This document shows positions 1-7,550 of a DNA stretch of 16,363 bases, piece by piece; within the stretch, counting starts at the first letter, position 1, and each line of letters starts with the position of its first letter. The stretch is taken from assembly GCA_024626585.2 (NCBI GenBank), contig JANKJI020000002.1:243143731-243160093 (forward strand), written 5' to 3'. Made by a program: the position numbers and the translations under genes. A model generated the notes under the pieces. It saw only the letters and a program-made list of their open reading frames with translations, did no database searches and had not been told where the DNA came from. Origin of the DNA: Ginkgo biloba. Taxonomy: Eukaryota > Plantae > Ginkgophyta.

Positions 1-1188
1 TTTGCTTGGACACTAGATACCAAATATGCACATACATACAAAGGGTTCGCAACATGGCAGACACCCGCATAAGGAGAGGGCGATACTCTTATCTTGCATT
101 ATGTTCATCATAGGTTTTAGCAAAGCAAGAGATCACTGGACGTAGACATGGTTGGTACAGTGAGGTTTCAACACTATCTCAGACGATTGGTGTATCGATT
201 GACAGGTTGGCCCTTTCAAATTCTCTTTGGATGCAGAGAATCTCTACCTACAAGGACGTAGATCAATGAACAGAATTGGGAGAACATTTCCATGGCCTAC
301 ATTCAGTCTACATGGATCTCCCCAACTAGGGCCCTTAGCTCCAAGTTGGCCCTCTATCAAGAACACTTTCTTCGCATCTCTGACGACACCATAAACCTTC
401 CAGGCTACTTATGCCTACATATGTCACATGGTATGTGGTTCCCCATTGGGCAATTCAGAGTATGCTCTCGTCAACTCAGGATGGAGGTAGAACATCATTT
501 ACCCAAAGACCAGTGCACTTGTAAACTTTGTTCACTTGAGGTAGAGACGAAGGAATACTACATCTTTCGGTGTTCCATATTTTATGAGATCAAAGGGACA
601 TATTATTGCCTTTTCAACAACACAGGAGGGTCCCTTGCAACATTCATCTCATACGAGAAACAACAATGTGTTGCTCTCTTCCTTAGAAAGCTTTTCCTCC
701 ACATGCACCGCCTCCTAAGGAGTGTGACATAGCATCGTGATAAAACTCAATGTATCATTTCTTTCTTTTAGTTGATGAGCTCAGTAGTGGCACAAAAGCG
801 TCCAAGACACACACAGAATCCCCAACACGACATTCGACATTATTCAGAGACCAGGACCAATCACCGTCAAGACAACACAACTCAGTAGAAGACATCCCAA
901 ACCCAAGAGGGTCCTCTCACGGCAAAGGGGGGCAACTCTGGAGTTAGGAGAGGCAGACTTATTACTAGTTCCTTTAAGCCAAATAGAGGATCTTCGACCT
1001 TGGATGGTGGGAGAGAGATAGGGACAGGAAGACAAATGATAGAATCCGTTTGAAGAGCCATTAATGATCATACTATAGAGCCTATCATTAGACAGGCTCT
1101 AAACGAGTTTGTGGTAGTCAACCACTCGTAGACCTAGCATAATACATCAAAGGAGCATTGGGATTCCAATGCTTCTTGTTGGCGCCCT
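1..1188 (+). mobile_element. Non-LTR retrotransposon (LINE) copy 1, 3' portion: post-RT ORF2 region, C-terminal zinc finger, tail and 3' UTR. Runs off the window at the 5' side and into an N-gap at the 3' side
   Basis: Frame 3 from nt 3 reads CLDTRYQICTYIQRVRNMAD...YSYLALCSS*...WYSEVSTLSQTIGVSIDRL, then shifts to PFKFSLDA. ORF 292-732 contains GQFRVCSRQLRMEVEHHLPKDQCTCKLCSLEVETKEYYIFRCSIFYEIK, matching the R-x-S-x-H-x-L-x-[IV]-E ... C-x2-C ... E-x-H-x4-C module of LINE ORF2 C-termini. It is colinear with a second copy at 9479-10754. Confidence 0.85.
3..1131 (+). pseudogene. LINE ORF2 C-terminal part (pseudogenised); probable true stop at 1129-1131
   Basis: Frame 1 continues from 292 to 1131, interrupted by TAG (730, 769, 886) and TGA (1051), each one C>T transition from CAG/CGA. 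It ends EPIIRQALNEFVVVNHS*, homologous to DDLIRQSVGDFVLVDVS* (10648-10701) in copy 2. Confidence 0.75.
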
Positions 1189-1296
1189 NNNNNNNNNNNN
1201 NNNNNNNNNNNNNNNNNNNNNNNNNNNNNNNNNNNNNNNNNNNNNNNNNNNNNNNNNNNNNNNNNNNNNNNNNNNNNNNNNNNNNNNNCATCTTCA

Positions 1297-1412
1297 TGTA
1301 GGGTCCCTTAACTACACCCTAAGAATGCCCTGAAGGACCAATTCACCGAATATCCCAAATGGTAACCCCCAAGCCCTCTCTTAATCATAAGGTATTTGAC
1401 CAATCCCTTACA
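1297..1412 (+). repeat. Putative short LTR, or the 3' end of a longer LTR
   Basis: Begins TGTAGGG and ends CCCTTACA (imperfect inverted termini, TG...CA), immediately followed by a PBS-like sequence. No second copy is visible and an N-gap lies 8 nt upstream, so the 5' boundary is uncertain. Confidence 0.45.
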
Positions 1413-1425
1413 TTGGTACTAGAGC
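1413..1425 (+). promoter_or_regulatory. Primer-binding site complementary to the tRNA-iMet 3' end (degenerate)
   Basis: CA|T-TGGTACTAGAGC versus the canonical plant PBS TGGTATCAGAGC (10/12 match), in the expected position 1 nt after a CA terminus. Confidence 0.6.
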
Positions 1426-1844
1426 CCGATAAGGTTGAAACCAAAACCCACTAACGTTGGAAAGTACTTCATGCAGGTATCAAACAACTCACCAAGAAAA
1501 CACAATTGTTCACAAAAAGAAAATCCCAACCCTACCTAAGGAGCTCAACGTTTGGGTTGAAAAGATTGTGACTTCTTCGATATTGAAATCTTGTGATCTA
1601 AAAGTTGATGCCCAAGATGATTTAGGAAGAATATTTTCCTATTTTGATTTTCTTCGCCTAATTTGTATTCTTTCTTAGAGTCATCCCTGAACTCCATATT
1701 GTAGGGCCATATCGAGCCGAATCATTGCCATGGAATTCAAGTCATCGCCATGGCTCTAATAGCCTACAATACTATTACCATTTCAAAAGACATGATAGAG
1801 GATGGAAAATAGTAGCAAGCGATGTTAACCAAAATGCGAAAATG

Positions 1845-2016
1845 AATGAATACTAAGAGAAATTGAAAGAACTAGAAACAGTATGTATGCAATTCAATCG
1901 CCAAGTAAAAGAGCTCATTAATGAATATAATATTGTATAATAAGACCTTCCATCTATGACTAAGAAAATGAGATTGCCACTATTGTGAAAACTAAGGACA
2001 ATCGCAACCTTACGTT
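1845..2016 (+). pseudogene. Decayed gag-like fragment with a CCHC zinc-knuckle remnant
   Basis: Helical-looking NEY*EKLKELETVCMQFNRQVKELINEY, then at 1975-2016 C-H-Y-C-E-N-*-G-Q-S-Q-P-Y-(gt). This fits C-x2-C-x4-H-x4-C with CAY>CAA and a 1-nt deletion in the last Cys codon. It lies downstream of the PBS in the expected orientation. Confidence 0.4.
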
Positions 2017-2212
2017 GATAGATGTTGGGGCTAATCTGCTTGCCAATCAATTTTGATGGAAAGCCTTTTGTTCAAAATACATATGCAATATCTAAGGAGG
2101 TAGATTTTTTTCACAAACATCCTCCATGAAGGCTTAACCTCCAATGACGATTCTTTATTATAATTTGTGAGTACAAAATTGCTTTTGTTGATTTTCAAAC
2201 AAAGTTGATGGA

Positions 2213-2322
2213 AAAAATCACCACATATTTTACCGAAGATCTTGCTCAAAGGATCTAAGATGTCTCCAAAAATCACCACATATTGTACCGAAGATCTTGC
2301 TCAAAGGATCTAAGATGTCTCC
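2213..2322. repeat. 55-bp direct tandem duplication (2 copies, 1 mismatch)
   Basis: AAAAATCACCACATATT(T/G)TACCGAAGATCTTGCTCAAAGGATCTAAGATGTCTCC at 2213-2267 and 2268-2322. Confidence 0.95.
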
Positions 2323-2489
2323 CCATGGTAGTCACCATCTTCTTCTTCGCGACTCTTATATTTCACTTGAAGNNNNNNNNNNNNNNNNNNNNNNNNNNNN
2401 NNNNNNNNNNNNNNNNNNNNNNNNNNNNNNNNNNNNNNNNNNNNNNNNNNNNNNNNNNNNNNNNNNNNNNNNATGGAAAACTTGCTTCT

Positions 2490-3000
2490 ATATATTATTA
2501 AGCAACATAGAGATTTCCCACTTCTGGGGCAATTACAAAGAAATCACTATAAATCCTAGCATTCCTTACAAGTAGAAATTTCCTTGGGAGCAAGAAGTTC
2601 CAACACTTTTTGTACCTTAAAAAAATGAATCTCATCCAATTTATATCCTTATAATGAGAGCATTAAATAACTACTCATAATGACTTCCATCTTGTTCTGA
2701 TAGATGGTAGATATGTATTTTAGGGATTAGAGGTAATAAAATTAAAGCATTAAAATTCCTCCTTCTTCAAAGGCGGTGATAATAAATATCTTCCATAATG
2801 CATTATTCTATCCTGCTCGTGGAACTATTTTGATGAAGTGAGTCATGATCATGGCATTAAATCAAATTAAAGCACTATTTGCATGGTCCAGGTTACTCTA
2901 GCCTATTAGATAAGTTGTAATAACTCATCAACAATGTGAATTTTAAAACTATCATTATTGCATAGAAGGCTTTGCTTGGTGCCTATCAAATTCATATAAA
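2490..3000 (-). pseudogene. Highly decayed L1-clade LINE ORF2 fragment (pre-RT linker and RT domains 0-2)
   Basis: Minus-strand translation with frameshifts gives, in canonical order and roughly canonical spacing: YMNLIG...VDELLQLI**ARVTWTMQIVL ... AFEEG ... FNALILLPLIPK (2718-2729 = LIPK) ... RWKSL...YK ... VQKVLELLAPKEIS ... ARIYSDFFVIAPEVGNL. Compare N-x-x-x-I-x-LIPK / WRPISL / YK / RL..VL..LI..EQS / GR.I.DN...A.E. Confidence 0.45.
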
Positions 3001-4120
3001 TATTGAAATAGGTAAAAGTGCATAGTAAAACACAACACTTAGATATAAATGTGTTGTTGTTAAATATATAGAATTCAACTAATAGGTGGGATAATATAAC
3101 AAAATTAAAAATAATGATAAAATAAAAAGGAGAAAGAATTAATTAGGGTTGCAACTAGATTAGTTGAAGTATACGTTTCAATGCATTCATTATTGAATAT
3201 AGATGGCATTCATAAATGAAAAATATATATATAATATTGTAGACATTATCTATGTATATAAAGGTGGTAGGGTATGTTCTTAATCTAATATTTAGTATTA
3301 TATGATGTCAAGAAGAGAACATGGAATATGTTATCCACCACCATTATGAGAAACTTGATATTTCTTTCAGGTTTACCATCACCCACTTAGGGTTACTATC
3401 TAGATAATAAAACACCTAATCAAGAGAAAGCACCTTAGGTGATGTCCATAGTCAAAGTGGGTTGCGAAGAAGGGAGCCGAAGTTTTTCCTTGCAACTGTA
3501 GCATACTATGTTGCAGATAATATAGTTGAACCAACTTTAAACAAAGGTTGTATTTCAAACCACCAAATTAAACTATAGTTGATGTTACTTGAAGAGCTAG
3601 ATCTATCCATGGATTTCAAAATTTTTCCCAACGACTTGGAAGCATGATGAAGGAAATTGCCAATGTTTCAAGATGTATGCCAATGGGCAACTGAGTAAAT
3701 GGTTGCAAGCCATAATGAGAATTAATTTTATAATTTATGGGTAGTGGCATTAGAAAAATAGGACTAACAAACTCCATTGATAGTTAACATATGCATAGCA
3801 TAAATAATGGAATGTGCACGATTGGAACACCATACTTCATTGATGTATTCCCATCAACTAGGGTGCTTGTGATGAAGTTCTCACTATCAAGAAATGTGAT
3901 CCAGATTGCCAGGAAAAACATTGACAAAATGGAAAAGCAAAGGTGATTAGAGAAAGTGTTGCAGAGTGAGCGCAGTTAAGGAGGATGTGGTCATTCTGGG
4001 CGAAGAAGGTGGCCAACATCACTTATTTTTTAGCTTTCATCCAATTGAATTGCACATCTCCTACTACTCCTATATTAGAAAGTAGCTTGGTCCTCCTACG
4101 TTGGAAACTAGTTCATCAAT

Positions 4121-4311
4121 TTGAAGTATGGAGTACAACTTATACTCAAACTAAGTCTTCCACCCTTTCTTCCACGAGGCTCTACAATATCCATATGTAA
4201 TATTATAATACTACTATCTGTTAGCTTAGGTTGAAGTATGGATTATCACTTATGCTCAAACTAAGTATTCCACCCTTTATTCCACAAGGCTTCATAGTAT
4301 TCATATGTAAT
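4121..4311. repeat. Diverged direct repeat, ~80-bp matching block with 110-bp period
   Basis: 4121-4200 versus 4231-4310 (TTGAAGTATGGA...CTCAAACTAAGT...CACCCTTT...CATATGTAA): 12 mismatches in 80 nt by manual count, no indels. Confidence 0.9.
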
Positions 4312-4326
4312 GTTGACTAGTTCTGG

Positions 4327-4368
4327 AACCTTTATTGCAACAAGGTTAACCTTTATTGCAACAAGGTT
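4327..4368. repeat. Perfect tandem duplication of a 21-bp quasi-palindrome
   Basis: AACCTTTATTGCAACAAGGTT at 4327-4347 and 4348-4368. The unit has AACCTT/AAGGTT arms around TTGCAA. Confidence 0.95.
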
Positions 4369-4383
4369 AGCCTGCCCAACATG

Positions 4384-5131
4384 NNNNNNNNNNNNNNNNN
4401 NNNNNNNNNNNNNNNNNNNNNNNNNNNNNNNNNNNNNNNNNNNNNNNNNNNNNNNNNNNNNNNNNNNNNNNNNNNNNNNNNNNNNNNNNNNNNNNNNNNN
4501 NNNNNNNNNNNNNNNNNNNNNNNNNNNNNNNNNNNNNNNNNNNNNNNNNNNNNNNNNNNNNNNNNNNNNNNNNNNNNNNNNNNNNNNNNNNNNNNNNNNN
4601 NNNNNNNNNNNNNNNNNNNNNNNNNNNNNNNNNNNNNNNNNNNNNNNNNNNNNNNNNNNNNNNNNNNNNNNNNNNNNNNNNNNNNNNNNNNNNNNNNNNN
4701 NNNNNNNNNNNNNNNNNNNNNNNNNNNNNNNNNNNNNNNNNNNNNNNNNNNNNNNNNNNNNNNNNNNNNNNNNNNNNNNNNNNNNNNNNNNNNNNNNNNN
4801 NNNNNNNNNNNNNNNNNNNNNNNNNNNNNNNNNNNNNNNNNNNNNNNNNNNNNNNNNNNNNNNNNNNNNNNNNNNNNNNNNNNNNNNNNNNNNNNNNNNN
4901 NNNNNNNNNNNNNNNNNNNNNNNNNNNNNNNNNNNNNNNNNNNNNNNNNNNNNNNNNNNNNNNNNNNNNNNNNNNNNNNNNNNNNNNNNNNNNNNNNNNN
5001 NNNNNNNNNNNNNNNNNNNNNNNNNNNNNNNNNNNNNNNNNNNNNNNNNNNNNNNNNNNNNNNNNNNNNNNNNNNNNNNNNNNNNNNNNNNNNNNNNNNN
5101 NNNNNNNNNNNNNNNNNNNNNNNNNNNNNNN
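4384..5131. other. Largest assembly gap. Others at 1189-1288, 2373-2472, 5350-5380, 6411-6510, 7625-7724, 8629-8712, 9289-9305, ~13229-13328, 14492-14592, 15199-15298
   Basis: Runs of N. Most are about 100 nt, the usual unknown-size placeholder, so true distances across them are unknown. Confidence 0.98.
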
Positions 5132-5164
5132 TCAAATCATATCTTAATTAATGAAAAAATTATA

Positions 5165-5180
5165 CACACACACACACACA
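5165..5180. repeat. (CA)8 microsatellite
   Basis: Read directly from the sequence. Confidence 0.9.
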
Positions 5181-5230
5181 AAAACTATGAAAAGATTGTG
5201 AAATAACCTTTTCATTAATATGGTCCAAAT

Positions 5231-5600
5231 ATGAAAAGACTGTCAACTATTGCCAAATACATGGTCCCTGCTACTACCATGGAAATTCTAGTTGTTAAAC
5301 ATACAAAAACACTCCATAACTTTGTCGCAAGATTAAAACCTAAAGCAACNNNNNNNNNNNNNNNNNNNNNNNNNNNNNNNAACCTTAAAGTGGTAGAAAC
5401 GACAAAACACATTAGCGACATCTTGTATAAGGAAATATATGATCATCCAATGGAATTAATTGCTATGTTTACCTCCCCCTTACAATCATAAAGTAGGAGA
5501 CAACCGCACCAACCCTACAAAACTAACTCTAAAAGCATAATGAGTGTATAAAGAAAGGCCTTTATCAAGATGCTATCAACCATACTCATCCTACATCTCC
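5231..5600 (+). pseudogene. gag: Gypsy gag C-terminal remnant
   Basis: TLHNFVARLKPKA (cf. F-I-x-GLK-P), ...VETTKHISDILY, DHPMELIA (cf. the P-x-PMEL/ID motif of Ty3 gag), followed by a decayed knuckle KGL(Y)/RCYQP at ~5554-5585. Confidence 0.6.
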
Positions 5601-5707
5601 ATAACAAATGGAAAAAAACAAGCCCCCACAAACTCCCACCAAACAATGCCGTATCAATTGACTTTGCACAAATAGAAGACAACCAAAATAGATGAAGTTA
5701 AACTCAT

Positions 5708-5980
5708 TTTGCAAGGACACTCTAGGGGTGTGATGTCATAATACTCCTCAACTTTGGATGTTGACATAAATTCATATTCGCAAATATCGTAGAGAAATTA
5801 AAGCCACAGACCCAACAAGACACAAACCCATCCAAGGCAAAAGTTACCAATGGAGAAATCTCAACTCTGAACACAAGCATTCATTCAACTATCAAGATCA
5901 CCCAACAAGTTGGACAAAGATTTCACTACACAAGCATCCTTGTCAAACCTATGGGAGAGACAAGTGCTCTAGGGATATAA
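5708..5980 (+). pseudogene. Retroviral-type aspartic protease remnant
   Basis: FARTL*GCDVIILLNFGC*HKFIFANIVEKLK...KVTNGE...SALGI*, corresponding to LLDSGxSHNFIS ... VANG ... DxILG with the catalytic Asp changed to Asn (5750-5752). Confidence 0.8.
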
Positions 5981-5981
5981 A

Positions 5982-6900
5982 TCACCTAAAAGACCAATCG
6001 ACCATGCCATCCAACTAGAACAAGGGTCAAAACAAGTTTCTTGAATCCCATACCAAGCTCCACTCAAGCACATCGCTAAGTTCGAAAAAGAACCTACAAG
6101 GCCTTATCAACAAGAATTACATTCGACTTAGTACTAGCACATTTGGCTCCCCTATTTTGATGGTTAAAAAGGAGGATGACTCAATGAGACGATGTGTCGA
6201 TTATAGAGCTCCCAATAAAATGACAATTGAAAATAGATATATGTTACCTCATATCACAAATCTCCTCGATCGACTCCAAGGAGTTAAAGTATTTAAAAAA
6301 CCAACCTTAGAAGTGGCCATCACCAAATCAAATAAAAGTACAGGACGAATGTAATCAGCATTCCGAACAAATTACAACCCATATGAATACTGTTGCTCGG
6401 CCTCCCTAATNNNNNNNNNNNNNNNNNNNNNNNNNNNNNNNNNNNNNNNNNNNNNNNNNNNNNNNNNNNNNNNNNNNNNNNNNNNNNNNNNNNNNNNNNN
6501 NNNNNNNNNNATATGAGTACTGTTGCTCGGCCTCCCTAATGCATAAACAATATTCATGACTCTCACAAATGGCTTATTTTGTCCTTACTGTAATAACTTT
6601 GTAATTATCTATCTCAATGAGAAAGAACATAAAACACACTTACAACCATCTCTTGAATTCTACAAGAAAATCACCTCTACATCCACATGAAGAAATCTAA
6701 GAATTTAACACCAAATTATCATACGTCAGACACATCATATCAACTAATGGTATTTTCTTAGACCGTGAAATAATCGAAGCCATCTTATGATGGATACAAC
6801 CATAAACAATCCATGACATTCGTGCCTTCCTAGGGTTAGCCACCTTCTATGATAAATTTATCAAAGATTTTGCCACATATCGACCTATCTTAACAAGCTA
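5982..6900 (+). pseudogene. pol: Ty3/Gypsy reverse transcriptase remnant
   Basis: PKRPIDHAIQLEQG...PY; YIRLSTSTFGSPILMVKKEDDSMRRCVDYRAPNKMTIENRYMLPHITNLLDRLQG; NLRSGHHQI; SAFRT...YEY; GLPNA*TIFM; FVIIYLN (YLDD broken by D>N plus a short deletion); IRAFLGLATFYDKFIKDFA. Confidence 0.95.
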
Positions 6901-6959
6901 CTCAAAAACAACACACTAATGCCATAGAAATTTTTTAAAATCTAAAACTAACCCTCCAT

Positions 6960-7350
6960 ACTACCCTCGTTCTCACCCTTCCAAACCCTAAAAAACCATA
7001 TGAGGTAATGGCAAACACCTTAGATAAAACCATCGGAGCAATATTCATGCTATATGACCACTCAATTGCCTATTTTAGTCGTTCAATGAATCAAGCCGAG
7101 TAGAATTATTATATCTAGACAAGTAATTCTTGGCATTAAAAGAGGCTCTCCACCACTAGCAGCACTACTTAGAAGGTGTTGACTTCATCTTAAAGACTAG
7201 TCACCAATCACAGTAACATGTATTCTCACAACCAAGCATCGATAAATGACACACATCAAATGAATGGGATTCCTTGCTAACTTCCATTGCTTCCCAATCA
7301 TCCATATTCTAGGAACAAAACATCAAGTTGCCAATGCCCTTAGTAGGAAA
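6960..7350 (+). pseudogene. RNase H (Ty3 type) remnant
   Basis: VLTLPNPKKPYEVMANTLDKTIGAIF...IAYFSRSMNQAE*NY...FLALKEALHH*QHYLEG...KTSHQS...GTKHQVANALSRK (cf. TDAS, IAYFSR, WRHYL, TDH, NxVADALSR). Confidence 0.9.
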
Positions 7351-7550
7351 GCACAAGTATCTGCCATTGCAATAACAAGACTCGTTTATGTTAAGAACAT
7401 CAAAAGTTTGAACCCAAATGATCCTGACTTTGCAAAACCATGATTGAGCCTCAATAATCACACGCATACAAACCATGAACTCTCGCTATATACACACTAC
7501 CATCCCATGATGATCTCTCATACTTTAAAAATCAGCCCAACATTCCTTCT

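Noticed and set aside
1180-1188. TGGCGCC as a second PBS
   Set aside because: Not preceded by an LTR-terminal CA, only 7 nt long and truncated by a gap.
3143-3395. TTAGGGTT telomere-like words
   Set aside because: Isolated single occurrences, not an array.
3360-3850. Possible host exon (TTTCTTTCAG acceptor) or L1 post-RT fragment (FTITHLGL ~ PITYLGL; GSGIRKI ~ GLGIR)
   Set aside because: There are stops in all frames, the motif spacing is longer than canonical and intervening L1 motifs were not found. Too weak to call without a profile search.
4121-4368. CRISPR-like repeat-spacer array or prokaryotic system
   Set aside because: Only two copies per repeat, no regular unique spacers and no cas-like ORFs; the whole window is eukaryotic retroelement debris.
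4310-5206. Long ORFs in the track (298, 260, 256 aa) and the other X-containing ORFs
   Set aside because: They are open only because they run through N-gaps.
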